Part shown: positions 47,810 through 57,272 of the stretch, piece by piece
Position numbering within the stretch: position 1 is the first letter of the stretch
How the letters are laid out: the number at the start of each line of letters is the position of its first letter
Assembly (NCBI GenBank): GCA_045613765.1
Contig: JAZLBO010000012.1
Span: forward strand, 674 to 64,673
DNA length: 64,000 nucleotides
Reading direction: 5' to 3'
Source of the DNA: Clostridia bacterium
Lineage (GTDB): Bacteria > Bacillota > Clostridia > Christensenellales > CAG-917
Notes under the pieces: model-generated
Told to the model about the DNA's origin: nothing
The model's input: only the letters and a program-made list of their open reading frames with translations
Database searches by the model: none
Position numbers and translations under genes: made by a program

Positions 47810-48679
47810 TTACTTAAGGCCTGCTTGTGCCATAACTTCTTCTGCGAAGTTTTCTTCTCTCTTTTGGAGACCTTCGCCCATTGCGTAGCGGACGAAACGG
47901 AAGATCTTTGCATTGCCGTTATCTTTGAGATATTGACCAATTGTAAGATCGCCATTTTTGACGAAAACTTGGTCGAGCAAGCAGATTTCTTTGAAGAACT
48001 TGTTGATTCTGCCTTCGATCATCTTTTCGATGATTGCAAGGGGCTTGGGATTTTCTTCATTGAGTGATTGTGCCTTCAAGATTTCTTTTTCGTGTTCAAC
48101 AACGTCTGCGGGGACTTGGTCCTTGCTGATGTATTGTGCAGATGCTGCTGCGATTTGAAGTGCTACGTCGTGAAGGACTTCGTCCTTGCAGCAACCACAT
48201 GCTTCAACCATAACACCAATCTTGCCACCCATGTGGATGTATGTGTCAACTTTGCTGTCGTTGCTTGCGAAAACTGTGAAACGACGGATTGAAAGCTTTT
48301 CGCCCATCTTCATAACGTATTCGTTTGTGACGGGTGTCATTGCTGTGATGACTTCTTCAAGTGATGCGTTATCATTGTCAAGAATATAGTCTGCAACTTG
48401 ACCAACATATTCACGGAATACGGGACCGCCTGCGACGAAGTCTGATTCACAGTTGACTTCGAGAAGGACGCTCTTGCCGTTCTTGCTTGCTGCGAAGACG
48501 ATGCCTTCTGCTGCAATACGTGATTCTTTCTTTGCTGCTGTTGCGATACCTTTTTCTCTAAGATAGTCGATTGCGGCTTCCATATCGCCATCGGTTGCGA
48601 CGAGTGCTTTCTTGCAGTCCATCATACCGACACCGGTTCTGCCACGGAGTTCCATAACATCTTTGCTTGTGAATGCCAT
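47810..48679 (-). CDS. tsf: Elongation factor Ts
   Basis: 289 aa with the N-terminal UBA-like motif VMELRGRTGVGMMDCKKAL. Confidence 0.96.
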   Translation of the reverse strand: MAFTSKDVMELRGRTGVGMMDCKKALVATDGDMEAAIDYLREKGIATAAKKESRIAAEGIVFAASKNGKSVLLEVNCESDFVAGGPVFREYVGQVADYILDNDNASLEEVITAMTPVTNEYVMKMGEKLSIRRFTVFASNDSKVDTYIHMGGKIGVMVEACGCCKDEVLHDVALQIAAASAQYISKDQVPADVVEHEKEILKAQSLNEENPKPLAIIEKMIEGRINKFFKEICLLDQVFVKNGDLTIGQYLKDNGNAKIFRFVRYAMGEGLQKREENFAEEVMAQAGLK

Positions 48680-48705
48680 ATATATTCTCCTTTCAGTGTT
48701 TCGTA

Positions 48706-49518
48706 TTAGTTTTGGCTTTCTTTTTCTGCGATTGCTTTTTCAAGTGCGTCTGCAGGTGAGAGTTTTTCTTCAACAACGGGTGCTTCGACGGGTTGTTCTG
48801 CGACTACTTCTTTTGCTTTGGGTGCAGTGTATGATTCACCTTGCTTGCCTTCGATAACTGCGTCTGCCATGAGTGATGCGAAGAGTTGGATTGCACGGAT
48901 TGCATCGTCATTGCCGGGGATAACGTAGTCAACGAGATCGGGATCACAGTTTGTGTCAACGACTGCTACGATGGGGATGTTGAGTTTGCGTGCTTCTTTG
49001 ATTGCGTTTTCTTCTTTCTTGAGGTCAACTACGAACAAGCAACCGGGAAGGTTACGCATGCTCTTGATACCACCAAGGTTCTTTTCGAGTTCATCACGTT
49101 CTTTCTTGAGTGCGATGACTTCTTTCTTGGGGAGCATTTCAAATTCGCCAATGATTTCTCTTTGGTTGATTTTGTTGAGTCTGTCGATACGTGTACGGAT
49201 GGTCTTGAAGTTTGTGAGTGTGCCACCGAGCCATCTTTGGTTGATGTAGAACATATCGCAACGTTCTGCTTCTTGTTGGATTGCATCTTGTGCTTGTTTC
49301 TTTGTGCCGACGAAAAGAACTGACTTTCCTTCTGCTGCGATGCTCTTCACAAATTGATATGCTGCTTCAACGTGATCGACTGAAATTGCAAGGTCAATGA
49401 TGTGAATATCATTACGTTGTGTGTAGATGTACTTTGCCATCTTGGGGTTCCAGCGTTTTGTCTGGTGACCGAAGTGTACGCCTGCTTCAAGCAAGGTCTT
49501 CATTGATGTTACTGCCAT
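48706..49518 (-). CDS. rpsB: 30S ribosomal protein S2
   Basis: 270 aa starting [19 protein letters not shown], with an acidic C-terminal extension. Confidence 0.97.
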   Translation of the reverse strand: MAVTSMKTLLEAGVHFGHQTKRWNPKMAKYIYTQRNDIHIIDLAISVDHVEAAYQFVKSIAAEGKSVLFVGTKKQAQDAIQQEAERCDMFYINQRWLGGTLTNFKTIRTRIDRLNKINQREIIGEFEMLPKKEVIALKKERDELEKNLGGIKSMRNLPGCLFVVDLKKEENAIKEARKLNIPIVAVVDTNCDPDLVDYVIPGNDDAIRAIQLFASLMADAVIEGKQGESYTAPKAKEVVAEQPVEAPVVEEKLSPADALEKAIAEKESQN

Positions 49519-49619
49519 GTTTTAGGCCTCCTAAATTTGTTTATTACCTCCCTCGGCTTCAGCGAATTGGCTACCTTACGGAACAACCAAAACTCCACCG
49601 AAGTGTGCGGTGCGTGTGT

Positions 49620-49648
49620 ATTGTATAATAAATAAAATTATTTTGCAA
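49620..49648 (-). promoter_or_regulatory. Sigma-A type promoter of rpsB-tsf, followed by a leader of about 95 nt
   Basis: On the - strand: TTGCAA (49648-49643), 17 nt spacer, TACAAT (49625-49620). The leader contains the CACTTCGGTG hairpin and a GGAGG SD. Confidence 0.55.
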
Positions 49649-49691
49649 GAAAATTAAACAACTTTTTCGTCAAAATTTTGATTTTTTTCAA

Positions 49692-50009
49692 TTAGTTGTT
49701 TTCTTCCCCGTCCCATTCTTCAAGCATTGCGATAAATTCGTTGAAAACTTTTTCAAGAACTGCTTCGTCTTCAATGGGTGCAAAGTTTGAGTTTCCGTCC
49801 TTATCTTCAATGATTTCATAGATGAGAACTTCGTCGTCTGCGATGTCGGGAAGTTGTTCAACGGGTTTCATGACGATATACCATTTGTTGTCAACGTCAA
49901 GAGTTGCAAGTTCAAAAAATTCTTCGTCTTTGTCTGTTGCTTCGTTGTAAAGAACGATAATATCATCGTCTTCTGCTACGCCCATTTGATCCTTGAAATA
50001 ATCTGCCAT
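49692..50009 (-). CDS. DUF1292 (YrzB-like) acidic protein
   Basis: 105 aa with the pattern EEFFELATLDVDNKWYIVMKPV. It lies next to ruvX, as in B. subtilis yrrK-yrzB. Confidence 0.75.
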   Translation of the reverse strand: MADYFKDQMGVAEDDDIIVLYNEATDKDEEFFELATLDVDNKWYIVMKPVEQLPDIADDEVLIYEIIEDKDGNSNFAPIEDEAVLEKVFNEFIAMLEEWDGEENN

Positions 50010-50065
50010 AATGTGCTCCTTATGTTTTGCGATTTCGCTTTATTTTTATTTTTCGGTATTCTAAC

Positions 50066-50497
50066 CTATCTTTTTCTATAAAATTGACCATCAAGATATG
50101 ATTGCAAAATGATTGTTGCTGCCACTTTGTCAATGACGGTTTTACGTTTTTCGCGGCGTACGTCTGCGCTTATGAGCAAGTTTTCTGCAGACACGGTTGT
50201 AAGACGCTCGTCAACGTAAATAATATCAAGACCACTTGCCTCTCTAAGTGCCTCGCCGAATTCTCTTGTGACTTCCACTCTTGGACCTTCAGTGCCATCC
50301 ATGTTCAAGGGTAAACCAATGACAAAAGCGTCGGCATCTTCAGTTTTTGCATAATTTACAAAATACTTGATGTCGTCTTCAAAAGTTTTGCCTTTACGCA
50401 CATAAGTTTCTCTTGGATTTGCAGTTATGCCGAGCATATCACTCACTGCAACACCAATTCGTACATCACCAATATCCAGTGCAACTTTTCTTTTCAT
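50066..50497 (-). CDS. ruvX: Putative pre-16S rRNA nuclease / Holliday junction resolvase-like RuvX (YqgF)
   Basis: 143 aa with ALDIGDVRIGVAVSD and DERLTTV motifs. Confidence 0.9.
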   Translation of the reverse strand: MKRKVALDIGDVRIGVAVSDMLGITANPRETYVRKGKTFEDDIKYFVNYAKTEDADAFVIGLPLNMDGTEGPRVEVTREFGEALREASGLDIIYVDERLTTVSAENLLISADVRREKRKTVIDKVAATIILQSYLDGQFYRKR

Positions 50498-50518
50498 AAT
50501 CTCTTTTTCAATAGTAAA

Positions 50519-51850
50519 CTATTGATTGTGTCTGTATGTATCCCCATTTTTTTGAGGTTTCATTGTTTTTCTTGCTTGTTGTCTTTCTTTTATAACCTTT
50601 TCAAAGCCATTTTCTGTGGGGTCATAAAATACTGCATCTTTGATTTCGTCCGGCAAGTATTGTTGTTCAACCCAGCCACCAAAATCGTGAGGATATTTAT
50701 ATCCGGACACTTTTTCTGTTTTGAAATTTGTGTCACGAAGATAAAGTGGCACGCTTTCATGCTTGATTGTCTTCACTGCTTGCTCTGCACTGTAAAGTGC
50801 TTCCACAACTCTATTTGACTTGGGTGCTTCTGCCACGTAAATTATGCCTTCCACAAGAGGTATTCTTCCTTCAGGCAAGCCTATTTTTTCAAATGCCTGC
50901 ATAGCAGAAACTGCCACGTTGAGTGCATTTGGATCTGCAAGACCAACATCTTCTGCGGCGTGTATAACAATTCTTCTTGCAATGAGCATAGGATCGCAAC
51001 CTGCTTCAAGAAGTCGCTCTGCCCAATATATTGCTGCATTTGAATCACTGCCACGCATACTCTTTATGAAGGCGGAAATGATGTCATAATACATGCTTTC
51101 ATCAAATGACAATGCCTTCTTTTGGATTGATTGCTCTGCCACTTCTTTTGTTATGCAAATATCACCATCACTATTGGCGTGAGTTGTCAGTGCTGCAAGT
51201 TCAAGAGCGTTGAGTGCAGTACGCAAATCTCCACCAGATGCCCAAGCGAGATGATGCAATGCATCATCATCTGCTTTTATTTGCATAAATCCAATGCCAC
51301 GATCCTTGTCTTCTATTGCTCTTTTAAGACCAACCAAAATATCTTTTTCGGTCAAGCGTGAGAACTCAAAAACACGGCATCTTGACACTATTGCTCGTGT
51401 CATATTTGCATAGGGATTTTCTGTGGTTGAGCCAATGAAAATGATATGACCTTGTTCAACTGCTTGCAAAACACTGTCACTCTGTGCTTTATTCCATCTG
51501 TGACACTCATCAAGGAGCAAATAAGTCTTCTTTCCGTACATACGAAGAAGATCTTTTGCCTCATCAATAACTCTTTTTGCATCAGCAACACCTGCTGTCA
51601 CTGCATTGAGTTTGACAAAATTGGCATTTGTGTTCTCTGCAATGATGTTTGCAAGTGTTGTCTTGCCTGTGCCGGGAGGACCGTAAAAGATGCAACTGCC
51701 AAGACGCCCTGCAGAAATTGCACGACGAAGCAACGAGCCATCTCCGACAATCTTTGATTGTCCAATAAACTCGTCTATTGTTCTTGGGCGCATTCTCTCG
51801 GCGAGAGGCGCAAGTTTTTCTTCATGATTTTGAAGGTCAAATAAATCCAT
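50519..51850 (-). CDS. rarA: Replication-associated recombination protein A (AAA+ ATPase)
   Basis: 443 aa with Walker A GPPGTGKTTLA, LLLDECHRWNK and the MgsA C-terminal region. Confidence 0.92.
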   Translation of the reverse strand: MDLFDLQNHEEKLAPLAERMRPRTIDEFIGQSKIVGDGSLLRRAISAGRLGSCIFYGPPGTGKTTLANIIAENTNANFVKLNAVTAGVADAKRVIDEAKDLLRMYGKKTYLLLDECHRWNKAQSDSVLQAVEQGHIIFIGSTTENPYANMTRAIVSRCRVFEFSRLTEKDILVGLKRAIEDKDRGIGFMQIKADDDALHHLAWASGGDLRTALNALELAALTTHANSDGDICITKEVAEQSIQKKALSFDESMYYDIISAFIKSMRGSDSNAAIYWAERLLEAGCDPMLIARRIVIHAAEDVGLADPNALNVAVSAMQAFEKIGLPEGRIPLVEGIIYVAEAPKSNRVVEALYSAEQAVKTIKHESVPLYLRDTNFKTEKVSGYKYPHDFGGWVEQQYLPDEIKDAVFYDPTENGFEKVIKERQQARKTMKPQKNGDTYRHNQ

Positions 51851-51979
51851 ACATGTTTATTATAATAAAAATTTCAAAAAAGTAAAGACCAAATCTACCA
51901 TTTTGTAGATATTTCATATATTTTTCTTAACGTCCTATCCTTCGTAATTAAATTAGATCGTCAATTCAAATGTGCAAAA

Positions 51980-53407
51980 TCACATATCATCACTTGGGAT
52001 TTTTAGAAATATGTCAAGTGGTTTATCTCCAAGTTTGATTGTAGGTATGCCCTCGTATTTTGTCCCATTGCAAAATAATTCACGTTCAGTTGACTTTTCA
52101 ATATGAACGGTGTGTTGCATCCCGTTTTCTCTAAAAAATAGGTCAACTTTTTCAATTTTTTCAGGCAAAACTGGATTTATGGTCAATTTTCCATTTTTTA
52201 CCGAAATCCCCATTTTTACGGTGTTTTTGGGCTGAAATGTGCTTAAAGTATTCTTGAAAACATTGTTTTGTAGAATACTTTTGTTAGATTTTGCACCAAA
52301 AATCATGTTCATTGCAAAGGAAGATGACAGGGCAAGATACAAAATTGTCATATTCGATTTGAAACGAGAAATGCAAAAATAACTGCTTGAAAAATTGATG
52401 TTTTTTGATCGAAAGGCACGAGGCTCTGCCCTGTTTGAATATTTTTGGAGGGAATAAGTGTACGCAGTTTCGTCAATGTTTAGTACAGATGATTGATTGC
52501 TTAATTCAGTGAGAAAAGCGAACTTTGCCTCATTTGGTGCTGTTTGGAAATTTTCATAACTTTCAAGAATTTTCAGTGGCGTATAAAATTTGACATAATC
52601 GTACTGCTCTACAGATTTCAGTTCGCGGAAAATGGTTTGTGAGAGATTGGTTATATTTTCTATTACGTCAAAGTAAACCAAATTTGCAGATGGACAATCA
52701 ATTTTTTCAATTGAAGACGTAAAATGTAAAAACACATTATTTGTTTTCACTTGGTTGTAGAATTTTCGTTTTTCATAAAATTTTGGGTGTGACGTCACTT
52801 TTTGTGCATATTGCCCTACTTTAATCAATGTTTCAACACGTAAAGCAACAAAATACAATTTTTCAAGTAAAACAAATTTTGCCATAAGATGAAAATTTTG
52901 CATTTCAGGAAACGTGATTGTTGATTTCTCGTTGAAGATTTCAAAACAGTGATATGTTCTTTCTGTTGAAATCGTAAAATTGTTTGTTTCAAGGAGTGAT
53001 CTGCAAATTTTTTCTATGCGTATACCTGTCTTGTATGCAGGCAAATCGTCGAGTTTTGAAAAATCAATTTTTGACAATTTCTTCAAAAATAAAAAATTTT
53101 CGTCCACTATGTCACAAAAAGTCTGCAATTCTGGGATGATAAATCTGTTTGATCTTGATTTTTCTATGTCAAGGTGGCGCTTTGCAATATAATTGACAAA
53201 CTTAATTTTGCGCAAAAACATATTGATAGAATACTCTTTTTTGCCGTTTTTGTTGGGCAAAGACACATCTTTTGCAAGATTTTTTATGGTTAAAATGAAG
53301 TCATCATCTGTGAGCGTTTTTGTAAAGTGCTCTCTTTCTTTTGTTTTGACAAGAAAATATACAAGTATAAATATCAAAGTTATAACTATTGAAATAGCAT
53401 ATTCCAT
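51980..53407 (-). CDS. Hypothetical membrane-anchored protein (475 aa)
   Basis: Single N-terminal TM (ISIVITLIFILVYFLV). The rest is Lys/Asn/Phe-rich, and the gene is visibly more AT-rich than its neighbours. No family recognised from sequence alone. Confidence 0.5.
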   Translation of the reverse strand: MEYAISIVITLIFILVYFLVKTKEREHFTKTLTDDDFILTIKNLAKDVSLPNKNGKKEYSINMFLRKIKFVNYIAKRHLDIEKSRSNRFIIPELQTFCDIVDENFLFLKKLSKIDFSKLDDLPAYKTGIRIEKICRSLLETNNFTISTERTYHCFEIFNEKSTITFPEMQNFHLMAKFVLLEKLYFVALRVETLIKVGQYAQKVTSHPKFYEKRKFYNQVKTNNVFLHFTSSIEKIDCPSANLVYFDVIENITNLSQTIFRELKSVEQYDYVKFYTPLKILESYENFQTAPNEAKFAFLTELSNQSSVLNIDETAYTYSLQKYSNRAEPRAFRSKNINFSSSYFCISRFKSNMTILYLALSSSFAMNMIFGAKSNKSILQNNVFKNTLSTFQPKNTVKMGISVKNGKLTINPVLPEKIEKVDLFFRENGMQHTVHIEKSTERELFCNGTKYEGIPTIKLGDKPLDIFLKIPSDDM

Positions 53408-53608
53408 ATTGCAATTATGTCCAAACGTTGCAAATTAAAACGAGATGATCTTTGCTCGTGTAAAATAAATAAAAATTTGTTTAATTCGGTTGATTGTATA
53501 TTTGAATTTTTTTTCTCGTAATTTTGCATAGATACCCTATCGTATATGCTTGAAAAGATGAGAAAAACTTCAATTTTTAGATAGAAACCAATTTTTCCAA
53601 AAACAAAA

Positions 53609-53680
53609 TTTCAAAATCTTTCAAAAAATGTTTCACGCGTGTTTCACAAAAAATGCGCCTTTTTTTACATGGAGAAAGAA
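53609..53680 (+). repeat. Dispersed motif copy: four phased TTTCA elements, then CAAAAAATGCGCC, a T-run and ATGGAGAAAGAA
   Basis: TTTCA at 53609, 53619, 53631 and 53642 (spacing 10, 12 and 11 bp). The core GTTTCACGCGTGTTTCACAAAAAATGCGCC...CATGGAGAAAGAA aligns with 54462-54515. Confidence 0.5.
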
Positions 53681-53796
53681 GATTTTGTGTGAATAAAATT
53701 TTGAAAAAAGCGTGAATTTGAAAAATTGAAAAGCATGATATTCTGCTCTACCCCAAAAAAATAGGAACTAACTATAGAGTTGTAAATTTGGAAATA

Positions 53797-53832
53797 CAAA
53801 AAAATATAGCCCATTGCTGGACTATATTTTTT
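53797..53832 (-). terminator. Rho-independent terminator of the lipoprotein gene
   Basis: On the - strand: ATATAGTCCAGCAATGGGCTATAT (bulged stem) followed by TTTTTTT. Confidence 0.55.
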
Positions 53833-53875
53833 AGGAAGTTATGAAAATGAAAGATGGAAAATATTGTTTTTGTTG

Positions 53876-54274
53876 TTATTTGTCAAATGAAAGGCTAAAT
53901 GTGCCAAGTTTTGCGTCTTTTATTGCTTGATCTGTGCCTGCAATTACTTTGCTATCGCCAAAATCACTTTCTATTGTTGTTATGCCATTGCGACCTCTAT
54001 AGTCGATTTCTTTTTCAACCCAATCACAATAACTTGAATCAGTGACCCAATATATTACGATATAATCTTCGCCTTTTGTTGCTTCAAGTTTTGATCTTGT
54101 GTATCCGTTGGGGAAAGTTTCAATTTCTACTGAGTATCCTGCACTTTCAAGGTTGGCTTTTACTTCTTCAACGGGAGGCACGCTTGTGATGAGTGTAAAA
54201 TTGCACGCCACGAGTGTTATTGAAAGAATTGCGAGCAGTGTCACTGCCAATACAATTTTTGTTACTTTTTTCAT
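53876..54274 (-). CDS. Hypothetical lipoprotein
   Basis: 132 aa with signal peptide and lipobox MKKVTKIVLAVTLLAILSITLVAC. AGGAG SD upstream. Confidence 0.7.
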   Translation of the reverse strand: MKKVTKIVLAVTLLAILSITLVACNFTLITSVPPVEEVKANLESAGYSVEIETFPNGYTRSKLEATKGEDYIVIYWVTDSSYCDWVEKEIDYRGRNGITTIESDFGDSKVIAGTDQAIKDAKLGTFSLSFDK

Positions 54275-54461
54275 TTTATCTCCTTTGACGGAACTGAAAT
54301 TTTGCCGTCATTTATATTGTACATATAGTATATCAAAGGAATACGTAAAGAAAAATGACTGTAGAGTCAAAATAACCTGCTCTATTTTGCGCTAAAAGCA
54401 AAAATGCCATAGAATTGACCAAATTATATTAAAATTAATGTTTTTACCAATAAAACACTAT

Positions 54462-54512
54462 GTTTCATGGCAGTTTCACAGAAAAATACCCCCAAATTTT
54501 CAATGGACAAAG
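54462..54512 (+). repeat. Dispersed motif copy: GTTTCA-N5-GTTTCA, CAGAAAAATACCCCC, AAATTTTCA, ATGGACAAAGAA
   Basis: Aligns with 53630-53680 and, in part, with 29326-29368. The ATG at 54503 opens a 22-codon hydrophobic ORF (MDKEMLLFCIVLILIFNFINDD) that has no SD. Confidence 0.5.
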
Positions 54513-54593
54513 AAATGTTGCTCTTTTGTATTGTTTTGATTTTAATTTTTAATTTTATAAATGATGATTAAAATCAAACAAATTGGCAAAAAG

Positions 54594-54616
54594 AAAAAAC
54601 ACTTCCCAAGAAGTGT
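54594..54616 (-). terminator. Rho-independent terminator of rnpB
   Basis: On the - strand: ACACTTC-TTGG-GAAGTGT followed by TTTTTT. Confidence 0.8.
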
Positions 54617-54619
54617 CTT

Positions 54620-54960
54620 TCTCATTTGCGAGATTAGTCTATAAGCCGAGTTCTGTCTTGAACGGTCATCTATCTAGGCGATACGTTGCCGTATCGCTCA
54701 AGCGACTTGTGGAGCGGGCGGGCAACCCTATATTGCTCCGTGTCTTGCATCGAGTGGGGTTTACATCACGCCTCGTCACCGATTTGTGGGTGAGCTCTTA
54801 CCTCGCCTTTCCATCCTTACCCAACAAGTTGGGCGGTATTTTTCTGTTGCACTTTCCTTAAAGTCGCCTTCACAGGTATTTCACCTGCACCCTTGCCCTA
54901 TGATGCTCGGACTTTCCTCACGGTATTACTACCCCGCGACCGTCCGGCTAACTCGCAAAA
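54620..54960 (-). ncRNA. rnpB: RNase P RNA (bacterial type B)
   Basis: On the - strand: universally conserved GAGGAAAGTCCG (reverse complement of 54908-54919), GGAAAGTGCAACAGAAAAATACCGCC, and GGTAAGGATGGAAAGGCGAGGTAAGAGCTCACC. The 5' GCGAGTTAGCCGG pairs with the 3' CGGCTTATAGACTAATCTCGC to form P1. Ends are accurate to about 10 nt. Confidence 0.93.
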
Positions 54961-55030
54961 GTATAATATCACAATCCCGTGCCTATTGCAACACATTGAG
55001 TTTGTTTTGTAAATCTAATGTGGAATAATG

Positions 55031-55060
55031 AAAAAATCAAGCCGATTTGACTTGATTTTT
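55031..55060. terminator. Bidirectional hairpin terminator downstream of recN
   Basis: AAAAAATCAAG-CCGATTTGA-CTTGATTTTT. Confidence 0.6.
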
Positions 55061-55108
55061 GTTTGTGTTGGTTTGTTTTCTTTGGTGTGTTGCCTATTTT
55101 GATTGTGA

Positions 55109-56800
55109 CTACTTGAGGCTTTGTTTATATTTGTCTGCCCAACTCTTCATTTCTTTTGCATGAGGTATTGCATGGACTGAATAGTCTTTGCCACCAATAA
55201 GTCTTGCCACTTCGTCGGTGTTGTCTTGAAGGAGATTGAGATGCGTATTTGTCTTGCCGTTTTCAGTTGATTTTGCGATTAAGAAATGGTTGTCTGCCAT
55301 AGCAGCAAGTGAAGGCATGTGTGTGACTGCAATCACTTGACGCTTGCGAGATATATTGCACATCTTCTCTGACACAACAGCAGAAATATTGCCCGAAATA
55401 CCCGTGTCAATTTCGTCAAAGATCATTGTGCCAACGCTGTCAACGTCTGCAAGAATATTCTTGAGAGCAAGCATAAATCTTGACATTTCGCCACCTGATA
55501 TGATCTTTGCAAGAGGTTTCAAAGGCTCGCCAACATTGGGGGAAATCAAGAACTCAACGTTGTCTGCGCCGTTTGATGAAAACTCGTCAGGCGTTTCGGT
55601 TGTATTAATTTGAACTGTAAAGGTGCTTCCACCCATACCCAGATCCTTAAGTTCGCCAATGATTGATTTTTCAAATGAATTTGCAATTTTTTGACGTGAA
55701 ATTGTGAGATTTTGGCAAGCAGTTTCAAGAGTTGCCACGGCCTTTTTAAGTTCGTTTTCTATTGCTATTACTCTATCTCCTGCATTTGACAATCTCTCGT
55801 GTTCTTCAACGGCCTTGTTGTAAAAATCAGTGAGTGCATTGTAGTTGCCACCGTACTTTCTTTGGATCATACGGACAACTTCAAGTCTTTCTTCAATTTG
55901 TTCTGCACTGTGACGATCGTAGTCAAGTTCATCAAGGATTGACTTTACAGTGTCTGCAACGTCAATGATTTCTGCTCTTGAATCTTCAAGGCGCTCAGTC
56001 AAACCATCAATGCGACTGTCGTATTGAGAAATCATATTGAGCGTTGACACAGTTGATTTGAGTGCAGGGCTTACTGCCGTGCTATCGTATCCGTCAAGAA
56101 GGTTCTTTGCATTGTTGAGAGCCTCCAAAATGCGCTCCATATTGCGAATACGCTTGCGCTTTTCAAGAAGTTCATCTTCTTCTCCATCTTTGACGTCTGC
56201 CTTTTCAATTTCGTTGATTTGATAGGACAAGATGTCAAGGCGTCTAACCCTTTCATCTTCGTCCCCAAACGAGTTGAATTCTCTCTTGAGTGCAGTATAG
56301 TTTTTGTATGCGTCCTTGACTTTGTCAAGGAGTGTTGCGTGCTTGTCCCCACCAAGACTGTCAAGAAGTGCAATATGTGAGTTGGGATTGAGCAAAGATT
56401 GATGCTCGTGTTGACCGTGTATGTCAACAAGAAGTTCTGTAAGCCCTTTGAGAGTTGACAACGTTGTCACTCTGCCATTGATACGGCAAGAATTTTTGCC
56501 TTCAGTGGTCATCTTTCGATTAAGGATCAAAACTTCTTCAACTTCAATGCCAATTTCTTCAAGGTACTCTTGAATTTGGGGTGTAATATAGTCGCTGAAA
56601 ACAGCCTCAACCACGGCATAGTCAGTGCCGTATCTAATAAGAGAGCGATCTGCTCTTTCGCCCAACACGAAAGACACGGCGTCAATGATAATTGACTTAC
56701 CTGCGCCGGTTTCACCACTCAAGATATTTAGACCATTGCCAAGTTCTACATAGAGTTTGTCAATGAGTGCTATGTTTTCAACTGAAAGACTTTGTATCAT
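55109..56800 (-). CDS. recN: DNA repair protein RecN
   Basis: 563 aa SMC-like protein. Walker A GETGAGKS, a long coiled coil, signature/Walker B region SGGEMSRFMLAL...MIFDEIDTGISG. Confidence 0.95.
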   Translation of the reverse strand: MIQSLSVENIALIDKLYVELGNGLNILSGETGAGKSIIIDAVSFVLGERADRSLIRYGTDYAVVEAVFSDYITPQIQEYLEEIGIEVEEVLILNRKMTTEGKNSCRINGRVTTLSTLKGLTELLVDIHGQHEHQSLLNPNSHIALLDSLGGDKHATLLDKVKDAYKNYTALKREFNSFGDEDERVRRLDILSYQINEIEKADVKDGEEDELLEKRKRIRNMERILEALNNAKNLLDGYDSTAVSPALKSTVSTLNMISQYDSRIDGLTERLEDSRAEIIDVADTVKSILDELDYDRHSAEQIEERLEVVRMIQRKYGGNYNALTDFYNKAVEEHERLSNAGDRVIAIENELKKAVATLETACQNLTISRQKIANSFEKSIIGELKDLGMGGSTFTVQINTTETPDEFSSNGADNVEFLISPNVGEPLKPLAKIISGGEMSRFMLALKNILADVDSVGTMIFDEIDTGISGNISAVVSEKMCNISRKRQVIAVTHMPSLAAMADNHFLIAKSTENGKTNTHLNLLQDNTDEVARLIGGKDYSVHAIPHAKEMKSWADKYKQSLK

Positions 56801-57255
56801 TATTTCAAAATGTTTTCGAGATTTTCAACGATTCCGTTGACGTTTTCCAATGAGTCAACTGCAACAAAGATTGTGTTGTCACCTGCGATAACCCCAAGGA
56901 TTTCTTCCAAGTCAAGACGATCAATGAATTCTGCAGCAGCACTTGCACTGCCTTGCTCTGTCTTGATGACGATAAGGTTTTCTGCTGAACGAATTGACAA
57001 AACTGTATTACGGAAAATCTTGACAAATTTGTCTGCAGATGAAGGCTCTTTGGGTTGTTGTGCAACGTACTTGTAATGTCTGCCGTCGTCAGTAAACGTC
57101 TTGATGATGTTCATATCCTTGATGTCACGGCTTACTGTTGCTTGTGTTACGGAATAACCGTCTGCACGAAGGCGTGCAACCAATTCTTCTTGTGTGTCGA
57201 TATCGTATTTTGTGATGATTTCAAGTATTTTGAGTTGTCTTGTTGCTCTTGCCAT
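56800..57255 (-). CDS. argR: Arginine repressor ArgR/AhrC
   Basis: Start set at the ATG at 57255 (MARATRQLKILEIITKYDIDTQEELV...). Winged-helix N-domain and the C-terminal GVIAGDNTIFV motif. The stop overlaps the recN ATG (TAATG). Confidence 0.92.
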   Translation of the reverse strand: MARATRQLKILEIITKYDIDTQEELVARLRADGYSVTQATVSRDIKDMNIIKTFTDDGRHYKYVAQQPKEPSSADKFVKIFRNTVLSIRSAENLIVIKTEQGSASAAAEFIDRLDLEEILGVIAGDNTIFVAVDSLENVNGIVENLENILK

Positions 57256-57272
57256 TTTATCACCTTTGTGGG

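Noticed and set aside
54583-55028. Track ORFs 54583..54861(+) and 54786..55028(+)
   Set aside because: They are antisense to, or overlap, the RNase P RNA, whose universally conserved GAGGAAAGTCCG and related blocks identify the locus as rnpB.
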